A stretch of 63,998 nt of DNA, counting the filler, from Lenisia limosa (taxonomy: Eukaryota; Protista; Breviatea): NCBI GenBank assembly GCA_001655205.1. It is 7 parts of 7 records of this genome, joined end to end, with 100 filler letters (N's around TTAATTAATTAA, not from the genome) between each part and the next. Parts side by side here need not be neighbours in the genome. Positions count along the whole stretch, not along the records: positions 44,971 to 54,944 come from LPNZ01005839.1; positions 55,045 to 57,660 come from LPNZ01004802.1; positions 57,761 to 59,556 come from LPNZ01004137.1; positions 59,657 to 62,350 come from LPNZ01001270.1; positions 62,451 to 63,998 come from LPNZ01000461.1; 2 more parts are not named here. One strand, written 5' to 3'. Every line of letters starts with the position of its first letter. The first letter of the stretch is position 1. The translations under genes were made by a program, and so were the position numbers. The notes beneath the pieces are model-generated. The model had not been told where the DNA came from, searched no databases, and saw only the letters and a list, made by a program, of their open reading frames with translations. Below are positions 52,325 through 62,899 of this stretch, piece by piece.

Positions 52325-52439
52325 GTTTTTAATTTCATGGTGCTGTTTTCTTATTATTATTTAATGTATACATTTTTATTCGCGATTGTGGAAGTTACAC
52401 TATAAGAACTTTGACCCTCAAAGAAAACTAAGAACTTTC

Positions 52440-53325
52440 ATCAATACAGGGTACTGAATAATAAATACGAAGCCAGGGCAGAAGATTGGCGCGATGGCTG
52501 TCTTGCACTATTATAGTTTGACCATCAGGTTTGCATCTTCCAAGGACTTCGCATCAAAATGGCCCTATTCTATCAATTCATTCATATCAGAAAACAACAA
52601 GCACCTGATGTGGGGGAAGAACAACAATAACAATTTGTTGTCACTATGATGCTAATGTGGATCACGAAAACTACCCCAGCTGGAATATTGGGATTCAGCA
52701 AGAACTATCAGCGACGCCCCGCCAACACAGTGAATGGCCTGGTCCCATAAAATGGCGATTTTTGGGAGGTTGGCCTTGACGTGTTTTGATACCGGGTGTC
52801 TCTGTTTCGTCGCTACTCTGAAGAATTACAAAAATGAAAACAACAGCTACAAAGTTAATGACATTATTCAGCCTTTTAAAAAGAGAATTTTCACACAATT
52901 GAACATTCAGTGACAGTGTTGAACGGTATTTTCTGCAGAGAAACCGGATTTAGCAACTTTTTATGACATGTTTTCCTCTGTAATCACAAATTTACGGTCA
53001 TGCACATATAGACACTCAAAGATTCAAAATCAAATTTCCCTGCAGACAAGATATATGGACACTGTACATACCTGAGCATGACAAGGAGCAACTGGAGCAC
53101 TTCCCCTCCTAGAGAGTTGAGTTATTCTGGCTTCAGAAGTAGTGATGGATTCGGCTCTATTGCCCCCCCCCCCCNNNNNNNNNNNNNNNNNNNNNNNNNN
53201 NNNNNNNNNNNNNNNNNNNNNNNNNNNNNNNNNNNNNNNNNNNNNNNNNNNNNNNTGTCTTCAAACTGCGTCATGCAAATTGTCTGGTTGCTGCGGTATG
53301 AGCAAAGAAAGTGAAGCTACCAGGT
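52440..53325 (-). CDS. Hypothetical exon fragments
   Basis: Open segments such as KHVKANLPKIAILWDQAIHCVGGASLIVLAESQYSSWG and RAESITTSEARITQLSRRGSAPVAPCHAQ|gt. No family was recognised. Confidence 0.25.
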
Positions 53326-53684
53326 AGAAGTACAACAAACAGACAAGTTTACAATAATGACAGTTCAGATACCTATTAAATAATAATAACCATAACGTAC
53401 AATGAGGAGTAGTGTAGTTAAAAACAAGTGAGCAAAGGCAGAAACCGTCCACACAGTTTTACACAAAGGAAACTGTCAAAGAGGATGTAGAAATAAAAAA
53501 GGTAGTACAAGACTATGAGGAATGGTAGAAAAAAACAGCACAAGTATCCCAAGGTGTTACTTTTGATATACGTTTTAGGACCCGCCTTCATCAGGCTGGG
53601 ACCCCACATTCTTCTTTGGGTCAAACCCCACCTATTTCACATTTGGGTCAAAGCCCCAAGCTGTTTCGGTTATCACACCTCCCA

Positions 53685-54090
53685 GATGGCTACTCTTCCC
53701 GAAATTCCGGCCATCGTTCTACCTCCGGCTCCCGCTGCCGCTGAGGTCAACCCTGCTCCCCAACAGCAGCAACAACAACACAGCCCATATTTATCGATCA
53801 GCCTAATATTTGTGATCACCCTACATTTTGGGATAAACCTGTATCTGCTCATGAAAATTCACCATTCGACTCCTCTTACGGATCGTCTGCCCAAACGTCC
53901 CTATCAGCAACCGAATTCGCCATCCGAATCTTACTGATGACCAGATACTTTGATAGGTTGAAGAGGAATAGAAGATGGTGGACCCCGAATGCATGGATGC
54001 AGTTGTGGACACCGTGCACGACTGCTACCATGCAGCTTGCCAAACTGGCCCGCAGTGGTGCGCAAGAAGCACAAATTTCTTTATAATCCA
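53685..54090 (+). pseudogene. Frameshifted intronless ORF (Pro/Ala/Gln-rich start)
   Basis: MATLPEIPAIVLPPAPAAAEVNPAPQQQQQQH is followed in another frame by PIFIDQPNICDHPTFWDKP...RRWWTPNAWMQLW. It is preceded by a short direct repeat (TTTGGGTCAAA-CCCCA). Confidence 0.25.
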
Positions 54091-55643
54091 TTTTCGTTCG
54101 GGAACATTGTTTCTTCAAAGAACAGATGAATGTGTATGTGCATTTGTTTGTTTTTTTCCACATTGTGTTTATTTAAATGAATTTGATGTTTAAAAAGGAA
54201 ATCCAGAATTCCCAATTCCTTCCGTGGGGTTTTCCACTCAATGAAGTCTAACAAATGGAGAATTTAGGTTTATGTGATTGCAAGGAATTCTCACAAAGAT
54301 CTCGGAAAGTAAAAAAGAGAAGAATGGCAGCAGTATAATACCATGTACTAAATATGAGAGTACTAAGAACAAAGATAGAGAGAGAGAACAAAAAAAGGAA
54401 GAGAATGTGAATGAATTGGCCCTCCCTCCCTCACCCATGATAGCCAATGAGTGTTTCTTCATCGTTAACCGACCTCCAACAGCTCCCTGGGGGGTGAGGG
54501 GACGTAAGATGGAATTATGAAATAAAAGAGAGCATAAATCAATTCTGTTCGCTTAACGGTTGAAAAATAAACAAACCTAGAAGGTATTGATATAAATAAA
54601 CAAACTAAGACAAGGGAAGGGGGCAGTGAAGGGGGGATTCAAAATGGGTTTTTTCATGCTCTCAAAGAGGAGTATTGTCNNNNNNNNNNNNNNNNNNNNN
54701 NNNNNNNNNNNNNNNNNNNNNNNNNNNNNNNNNNNNNNNNNNNNNNNNNNNNNNNNNNNNNNNNNNNNNNNNNNNNNNNNNNNNNNNNNNNGATCCACTC
54801 TCTCGTTAGAGTTTCTGAAACAAAGTAAGAACAAAGAGGAACACTAGTCAACGCCAGCTGTTTTGTTTTTTGGAGGAATCAGTCATCAATAGCGCTGCGC
54901 AGTAAACCATAGAAGACCACCCAAGCGCGTGTCCCTGACAAATTNNNNNNNNNNNNNNNNNNNNNNNNNNNNNNNNNNNNNNNNNNNNTTAATTAATTAA
55001 NNNNNNNNNNNNNNNNNNNNNNNNNNNNNNNNNNNNNNNNNNNNAAAATAAAAAACAAGGTTGTATCCGGCCGAAGCCGTCCACACCATCACGCTTTAAT
55101 ATTTCATCCAATCATTTGCCTTACAACTCTGTGCACTCAGTTTTCTGCTTACCTCCAGCATGCAATAGTAAAAACCCTCCCCACTTGTTGCAATAAGCCA
55201 TTAGCGGTAAACAAGTGCGTATTTTCGAATCTGAACTAGATTAGATAACCGTTTGCTAGATTGTAAGTAAATGTAAGATCATGTCAAATAATNNNNNNNN
55301 NNNNNNNNNNNNNNNNNNNNNNNNNNNNNNNNNNNNNNNNNNNNNNNNNNNNNNNNNNNNNNNNNNNNNNNNNNNNNNNNNNNNNNNNNNNNNNNNNNNN
55401 NNNNNNNNNNNNNNNNNNNNNNNNNNNNNNNNCTGGAAATCACACCTAAAGTAGTTACTTTTGACTTGTTGTTATCTGGTTGGTTGTTTTGTTACAATTG
55501 GTTATAATTACTTGAAACTATCTTGTTAGTGATGAGAATATGATAAACAAGAGAAAGATTGGTAAACTATCGCATATCGATGATTTATCGAAAAAATTCC
55601 GTCTTTTTTGGGACCATAGTGAAGCCCTATTTATCATGTATTA

Positions 55644-55734
55644 GGGCTTCACTTCGGTAAGATAAAAGACCGAATTTCTCGATAAATCCTCGAAAACTAT
55701 CGATTTCCCCGTTTTTTTTACCGAAGTGAAGCCC
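55644..55734. mobile_element. MITE family R1, second of two adjacent copies (first ends at 55627)
   Basis: TA|GGGCTTCACTTCGGTAAG...TTACCGAAGTGAAGCCC|TA. The upstream neighbour ends GGGACCATAGTGAAGCCC|TA. Confidence 0.82.
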
Positions 55735-55749
55735 TACGTATTATCAACC

Positions 55750-56146
55750 ATCCTCCTCCCAAAGAAGCAAACCTTGACTGAGCTTAGAAGGCCCAACAGA
55801 CATGGCTGTTTGGAGGATTGGAAGGGACCCCAGCTTCCTCCATAGGTCCAGAGCGGCTGGATTGTGAGGGATTTCAAAGAAAAGTGAGGAGGAGGAGGGG
55901 GGGGGGTAAAAGAGAGAAATATATTGTTTTTTTTTAAAAAAAAGGGGGGGTCTGAAACAATGAAATAAAAAGAGCAAGAAGAGGGATACTAATGAAAACA
56001 GGGGCAATTGGTCAGGGAATGAAGAATATAAGAAACAATACACCCCAAAATCGACTATTTTCGGAGAAAAAAACAACTCCAATGTCTCTAATTGCTTACT
56101 TTTTTTGAGTGCACCAGCTCCGTTCGTAGACATGATGCTGCTATGC
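55750..56146 (-). CDS. Hypothetical protein, 5' exons only
   Basis: MSTNGAGALKK|intron|TALDLWRKLGSLPILQTAMSVGPSKLSQ with in-phase GT-AG junctions. The rest is lost in MITEs and gaps. Confidence 0.35.
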
Positions 56147-57107
56147 TGATTGGAAGGGGTGTGAGTGGTGGAGCCTGCCAAACTCTAAATGTTCTTTTGT
56201 ACTCTTCTTCTTTTCTCTTTTCTTTTTCTCTTCTTCTCTCTTCTTCTCCGTTCACAGAATCTTTTTCACGATGACACCTACATCTGTGAATACCCAAGGT
56301 GAGGTGTACAGCGTTGAAAGGCAAATGATTGGGTGAATTAATACCATATTATAAGCCAATCTTCTTTTGAGCGTGATGGCGTGGACGGCTTCGGTCAGCT
56401 AATAGAATCCAAAATCTCTACCGTGTCGTAAAATTATTACACGAGTGGGTGGCTATGAGGTGCGTGGAAAAGACAATTCGCGTGAAAATGACCGAAAAAT
56501 GATATGAAGAACGGTTTCTGTTACACAGTCTGGTCGTCCAACAACTAACGAACAACAGAGAATAACCGATAATCCTCCTAGTCGGTACAAGACGAGGAGG
56601 TACAAGATGCCCACTAACTCAATACTCCAAAGCGACAATTATTGCTACACACCACCGGAGGCTTTGAAGGTGAATGAAGAAATCGGAAGGAAAAGTTCCT
56701 CTTTAAACTCGTTTTCGATTTGGTTTTACTTTTATAATTTTATTTTTTATTTATATTAGTATTGAAGTACTAACGTACTAACAGTTCAACAGTTCCAGTT
56801 CTCGACAAATCATACATATCAAAAATCTGGGGGTGAAAAGACCCAAGATCCAAATCAATGAGAGATAGCATCATGAATGCAAAATGTGAAGACGTAAACA
56901 AGTAATTGCAGGTCTTTATCAGCGCTTCTCAGAGCGCATCAGTATGATCGTTTTCTCTCCATCACAGGCTTTGTTGACAGTATATACTATTTTCATCCCC
57001 CAAGAAATCTAATAGCATATACAGCAAACGACTCTGAAACAAAACACGTTGTGAGTAAGAAGAGTTAAATATACTAAGTGAAACAAGAAAAACAAGAAAA
57101 TCCCAGC

Positions 57108-57590
57108 CTATTTACACATAACAGCCGCATTTGGAGTCAAGCCGGCGGACCTAAAAAGTCAATAGAAATGGGGATTTTTGAGGATTCAAACAGAGAAAGG
57201 TGTTCTTTTTGGGAAAAACGGTTCTAAAGATGAAATAATTTTAAAAAGATGTTCAAGTAAAACGAGGGGGGGGGGGGNNNNNNNNNNNNNNNNNNNNNNN
57301 NNNNNNNNNNNNNNNNNNNNNNNNNNNNNNNNNNNNNNNNNNNNNNNNNNNNNNNNNNNNNNNNNNNAATAGAATATCATATTATTTTTTTTTAATAAAA
57401 AAACAATAACGAAAAAGAATATAATACTATTGTATAGATATAAAAAAACAATAGAAACAAAAGAGACGAAAACTGGAGAAAAAAGAAAAATTTACCTGAG
57501 AGTCGTATTAGCGTCCTCATGAGTTGCCTTAGGGAAAGCCGAACAAATCACAAAGTCTGCCGTTACGCCATTTTTCTCCCTGTAATACTG
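57108..57590 (-). CDS. UBX-domain protein, C-terminal exons (5' partial)
   Basis: ADFVICSAFPKATHEDANTTL|RSAGLTPNAAVMCK* resembles the UBX C-terminal F...FP...TL..AGL.PNA pattern. Confidence 0.7.
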
Positions 57591-57760
57591 AGAGAAATTT
57601 CAAGAGTTACACAATGCAACATTATTTACTCCTATGTATTTATTTACTCATAACCCCCCCNNNNNNNNNNNNNNNNNNNNNNNNNNNNNNNNNNNNNNNN
57701 NNNNTTAATTAATTAANNNNNNNNNNNNNNNNNNNNNNNNNNNNNNNNNNNNNNNNNNNN

Positions 57761-57808
57761 TTCGCACTCAGGTTGGAATTCGCACTCAGGTTGGAATTCG
57801 CACTCAGG
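57761..57808. repeat. 19-bp tandem repeat at a contig end (probable transposon subterminal repeats)
   Basis: (TTCGCACTCAGGTTGGAA)-type unit x~2.5, followed by GGGGGTCGCCT|TACATACATATA. Confidence 0.6.
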
Positions 57809-57838
57809 GGGGTCGCCTTACATACATATACATGTAAT

Positions 57839-58329
57839 ATATACAGTATGTACAAATATCTCGTAAGTTTGAGTCACCTTGGTCAAAAAACGTCATATTT
57901 CTAGCCAACAGTTGAGTTATGGGAGCATATAATCAAAGTGACCAAAACGACTTGACCAATTTGCTCTGTGATTTTCCAAGGAAAATTGGTCAAGACTATT
58001 TCGGTCACTGTATATAAAATAATATAAGATCGATGTGTTGTTTTTTTTTTTGTTTTTTTACTCCTTATTTTGGGCTTCGTGATTTGTACCTTTACGCCAA
58101 CATTCTTCATCGAAATTTCCTTCGTTTTCCTTCCCACCCCTCAGATTTTGGAGCCAGCCAGTGAGGCGATAGTGACAGCAATGGACGGACAGTACCACAC
58201 CACAGTCCTCACCATGGCCTAGTTTCATTCGAAATGATAAAACGCTTTATCAATACGTTTTCTTTCAATATATATACAGTATGTACAAATATCTCGTAAG
58301 TTTGAGTCACCTTGGTCAAAAAACGTCCA
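57839..58329. repeat. ~58-bp direct repeat pair (57839-57897 and 58272-58329)
   Basis: ATATACAGTATGTACAAATATCTCGTAAGTTTGAGTCACCTTGGTCAAAAAACGTC occurs twice. Confidence 0.8.
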
Positions 58330-59030
58330 TCATCAAACGTTTTATTCAATCAAATTGATACCGTTTGCTTATAAAGGTCATGGTCCTCGCCGCCTTGGGT
58401 CCTCGCATGGTCGTTCCTTTCAAAATGGCCTTTCAATCTATTCAATATAGTATACTGTATATGATACAGTATGAATATGTACAGTTGTTCCTTCTGGGTC
58501 ACATAGTGCCTGTCATGCTGCGTTTTGAATTTTTTTTGTGCATAAGTCCTGAAACGATCAACTAAAGATATGCGCAATATACAGTAACCGGGATAAATCT
58601 TGACCGAATTGGTGTGAAATTTCCCAAAAAATAATCGATCGAGACATCCCTGTCAAACTATGTGTAAGGATTCGCGGTCAGTTTATATCATATGACACTA
58701 TTATGATAGAGTTACAACCGACTTTCAAATCCCCAACTTTGAAGCCTACTTCGTGAAATGGAAAAGAACAGCCTGATGAATGGAATACGAAAATTTGTGA
58801 GAATCTACTTTCAGCAAGATTGCACTATTTTCTCCTTTTGACAATGTTTTGTTTTACAAAAAAAATCTCTTTACAACGTTTTTGGGGATATACATCTCTC
58901 AGAATCTATACTAGCTTAAATCCAGTACCGGTATCATAGGTTTACGAGGGTATGACAAAGTTGTTTAATAGGCCTTCTGCACTCGGAACAATGCTGTTGT
59001 TGTGTTCTGGCATTGATGGCGTGATATTAC
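58060..59030 (-). CDS. Hypothetical exon fragments
   Basis: GT-AG-bounded segments such as GHGEDCGVVLSVHCCHYRLTGWLQNLRGGKENEGNFDEECWRK and YHAINARTQQQHCSECRRPIKQLCHTL. Confidence 0.3.
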
Positions 59031-59209
59031 ATGGGAATCCCAAAAAAAAAAAAAAAAAANNNNNNNNNNNNNNNNNNNNNNNNNNNNNNNNNNNNNNNNN
59101 NNNNNNNNNNNNNNNNNNNNNNNNNNGCCACGTGTTAATTTGAACACTTGAAAGAAGAACAAAATACATGCTAAAGAAACAACCCAAGAATAAAACACAC
59201 CATTGTAAG

Positions 59210-59490
59210 CTACATCGCCTGGAGTTGCTGCAAATGTCAGGAAATGAAATGACAATGGGGGGGGGGGGGNNNNNNNNNNNNNNNNNNNNNNNNATCAGAA
59301 GCTACATAAAATATGGACAATACCCCTCCCCACACACCCACACATGATATAAACAAACCGTCCAACCCCCACCTCCTCCACACGGTCAACCTCAGCCTGA
59401 ACAGCGTCAATCGCCGTCGAGACCTCATCTGCCCCGTCATAGTCCTCGGCTTCCACCAGGGCCTCAAGACTTTCCTCCATTTCCCTAGAA
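59210..59490 (-). CDS. C-terminal exons of a protein with a UVR-like helical hairpin (5' partial)
   Basis: MEESLEALVEAEDYDGADEVSTAIDAVQAEVDRVEE|QLQAM* resembles the UvrB/C motif (E..A...EDYE.A). Confidence 0.45.
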
Positions 59491-59978
59491 AATGACTAAT
59501 AAAAAGTAAACAGAAACGAGTCAACAGCATACACAATATTCCAAAAACAAATATTANNNNNNNNNNNNNNNNNNNNNNNNNNNNNNNNNNNNNNNNNNNN
59601 TTAATTAATTAANNNNNNNNNNNNNNNNNNNNNNNNNNNNNNNNNNNNNNNNNNNNACGAGGGTTGATAATAACAAATAAACAAAGCCCAGGCCAATCGC
59701 TTCTGCAGCACCGCATCCCATCACTCCATCGCGGGATCATAATATTGTTCGCAGGGAGAAATTAAAAAATAAAGTTGTATTTGGCCAAAGCTGTACACAC
59801 CATCACGCTATACGATATATTGAATTGTAGTATAACATTATTCACCCAATCATTTGCCTTAATATAACTCTGAGAACAAAGCTATCTAAGTGCCTCCCCA
59901 GCATCATCATACTAATTTATGTGGTGACCATGATATGACTATTTCAGGCCACATCATCGTTATACTGTGGCTAGCCTT

Positions 59979-60073
59979 GGGCATCCCTGCGGTACGAAAA
60001 AGACCGTTTAAATATCGATATTTATCGGGATATATTGAGACATTCGGTCTTTTTTGGAACCGTAGGGAAGCCT
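59979..60073. mobile_element. MITE family R1, intronic copy
   Basis: GGGCATCCCTGCGGTACGAAAAAGACCG...CGGTCTTTTTGGAACCGTAGGGAAGCCT. Confidence 0.78.
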
Positions 60074-60145
60074 TAGGTAAGCCTTGGTTGAAATACCAGA
60101 TTCATCTTCTCAGAATAATTGGTCAATTCAAATAGCACCCTTACT

Positions 60146-60325
60146 CAAAATAGTCTCACCCACCTTATAATATCTGTTTATCCTCAAAATAGCCTCTCAC
60201 CCACCTTATAATATCTGTTTACCCTCAAAATAGCCTCTCACCCACCTTATAATATCCGTTTATCCTCAAAATACCCTCCCACCCACCTTAGAATATCTGT
60301 TTATCCTCAAAATAGCCTCTCACCT
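60146..60325. repeat. 41-bp minisatellite x~4.5 at the start of a POC1 intron
   Basis: Unit CTCAAAATAGCCTCTCACCCACCTTATAATATCTGTTTATC. Confidence 0.9.
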
Positions 60326-61011
60326 TTATGGCCCACAAGGCGAATAGCTCGTGTTTGTTTGAAGTTCCACAGCAGGATTGTTCCATCATTTGCTGCATGG
60401 TTAATATAGAGATGTCTATCTTGACCGTTTTTTCTAGAAAATCATAGAGCAAATCGGTCAAAAAAAGACTACTTTTCCAGTCAGTGTACATATGCTATGT
60501 TTAGGAAAAAGTCGCAAATGGATAATGATGTTTTTTGTCTTGGGAGTTGTGTAATTAATAGGCGGAGTATAAGTTAGGCATAACTGTGTTATTGAATCTT
60601 GGGGTTTTGAAATATCAACGTTTTAAAAATTAAGAAAATATATTTCCATTATAATATTTTAACGTCATTTCGACAAAAGTTAAAAACCAGCCAATTAACA
60701 GTTTTACAGGCAACGGATTATGCAAAGCCAGTTAAATAATAAGACGATATAAATTCTGGAGTTAACAGTTTACAGGCAATGTCATATAAATATCCCGTTA
60801 TCTCCAAGCCCATTCTGCACTATCAACAAAACGAAGAACCCAGGAATGATCCCTCAACTGCCAACCAGAGGAAGCCAGTTGCTTCATGTTAGGGTTGAAG
60901 CAAGTGGCCGTGACAGTGTTCTTGTGTCCACGGAAACATCTTTCAAGAGTGGGGGCGTCGAGATCGGCCTAAATATGAGAAACTGTTCCCCTTAAGAAGA
61001 CAACTTACCAT
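60325..61011 (-). CDS. POC1: Centriolar WD40 protein POC1-like, 5' exons (rest lost at contig end)
   Basis: M|ADLDAPTLERCFRGHKNTVTATCFNPNMKQLASS|ANDGTILLWNFKQTRAIRLVGHK aligns with the recalled POC1 N-terminus (DPSLERHFKGH..KQLASGSMDSCLMVW..RAYRFTGHK). Confidence 0.72.
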
Positions 61012-61289
61012 GATTACGCCCTGAACTGAGTTTCTCTGATTAAATTATGTGTCAATTCGTCGAAAGAAGCTCCAACTTATAAAACCGCCACAAAAATTGT
61101 AAACTCAGCGATAGCTGTCTCAGAACTCTTTTCTATCAATGCAGGGTTTTGAAACGTGTAGCTGAAAAAGGGTCTGAAAATCTGTGCTTCTCAATAAAAG
61201 GATTTACGAATTTAGGCTGTATATAAGACTATTTTGGACTGAAAATAAATTCTTCCTGAAAATTGATAGAGTATAAATTAATGGCTAAG

Positions 61290-62110
61290 TGCGTTACCAC
61301 AAGTTCTCAACATAGATTTCCTGGTAGTAATTGATTAACTGTATTATTGGTCCCCTTTTCTCGGATTCTGGCCGTGGTAGGTCCTGAGGAATGTAACAAA
61401 GGCCTGGAAACACCAATATAGCCACAATGGCATTAGCTTCAACAGCCGATGGCAACGTTGTTCCCAATCTTCGCAATGCTATTGATCAAGGCAACATCGG
61501 AGCAGCAGTCTGTAATCTTTTCCTTCGACCCCAAGACATTACGGTGGGTCTTTAATGGGTTAAAATCGTCTTATTGCCCTAGTCCGGCGAGGGAGAGTAC
61601 CTTCGATACGCTGCCCAGAAAGGACAAGAAGAAGTTGTTCAGGTCATGTTGAAGATGGTATCCGGGGGTTAGATAACGCTATAAGGATGATGAGGGGGTT
61701 GATTAATGAGTATTAGGTCATATTTTTGAGATTTGAGCCATTGGGTTCGAAACCAGTTTCGCGAATTCCCTTCACTCTTTGTTACTCTGTTATCCCTCTA
61801 CCTCCTTGAATCGTTTTAAAAACTCGGATACTCAGATTGAACCTTCTTCATTCATCATTTCAATAAAGTTGATACTCGGATGCAATCCTCATTTTATCTT
61901 CATTTCTCGTTTCAGTAGCTCTTTTTCTGTGATTGTATTGTGATAAGATGGAGATGGGAAGACAATTTACAAAAGAGTACACTTACTCCATTGTACACCC
62001 CATGGCACATGCATGTGGTCATAGCAAACATCTTCACATTCGACCAGTCCTGGGAGCAAGTCGCACAATTTTGAAACCACTCTCTTATTCAACTGCCTGT
62101 TTTTTATTAA
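61290..62110 (-). pseudogene. Degenerate ORF with several in-frame stops
   Basis: One frame reads TEKELLKREMKIK*GLHPSINFIEMMNEEGSI*VSEFLKRFKEVEG*...HLQHDLNNFFLSFLGSVSK|THRNVLGSKEKITDCCSDV. No family was recognised. Confidence 0.3.
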
Positions 62111-62899
62111 CTGGAAACCTTATAATATTTCGTGCAACCCATTTTAATCCTCACAGTACACAAAGTTTTTTTTTTCTTTCTGGGATTCTGTGCAATTATT
62201 GAAAATCAATTATACAATTTGAGTGGCACTTTTTTTTGACAAGAAAAATATCCATTAGGTCATTCTACGAAAGCTATTTCAGACACTTGAATTTCAATTA
62301 CTAATAAATTCAAAAACATAAATGCACAAAGATTTTCATCGCCTCAGGGGNNNNNNNNNNNNNNNNNNNNNNNNNNNNNNNNNNNNNNNNNNNNTTAATT
62401 AATTAANNNNNNNNNNNNNNNNNNNNNNNNNNNNNNNNNNNNNNNNNNNNTTTGTCCCTGATTCACAGTTTTGTCCCGTGATTCATGTTTTGTCCCATCA
62501 CATATATATACATAGCAAAGAGAAACTTAGAATCCCTATTGATCAACAAATAGGCTTCAAACGGACTCTAAGTCTATGTATCCCAACTATTTTACATTGA
62601 CAAGAATATGAACCGACTTTTGAAATGAATTAAAAAACAAATCACCCCGAAGCTGAAGGGTAACCAAAGCCAAGATCATTTAACTTCAAATTTTGCGAAA
62701 TAAACACAATATCTACCTATTGTAGGCTTGTTTTTCTCAAATAGCGTGATTTCGTAAAAAAAAAAAGAGAAAAAAAAAAAAANNNNNNNNNNNNNNNNNN
62801 NNNNNNNNNNNNNNNNNNNNNNNNNNNNNNNNNNNNNNNNNNNNNNNNNNNNNNNNNNNNNNNNNNNNNNNNNNNNNNNNNNNNNNNNNNNNNNNNNNN

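Noticed and set aside
60146-60325. CRISPR-like array
   Set aside because: The units are contiguous with no unique spacers, the context is a eukaryotic intron, and there are no cas genes. It is a minisatellite.
18300-61930. Stop-codon reassignment (e.g. TGA read-through) suggested by in-frame stops in degenerate ORFs
   Set aside because: Conserved genes (NSA2, MSH6, PIG-U, PsuG) read cleanly with TGG for Trp and no internal stops. The interrupted ORFs contain TAA, TAG and frameshifts as well as TGA, which fits decay.
23941-62406. Six identical TTAATTAATTAA palindromes as a biological motif
   Set aside because: They always sit inside N runs and put stops in all six frames, which marks a scaffolding spacer. 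Gene neighbourhoods across them are not trustworthy.
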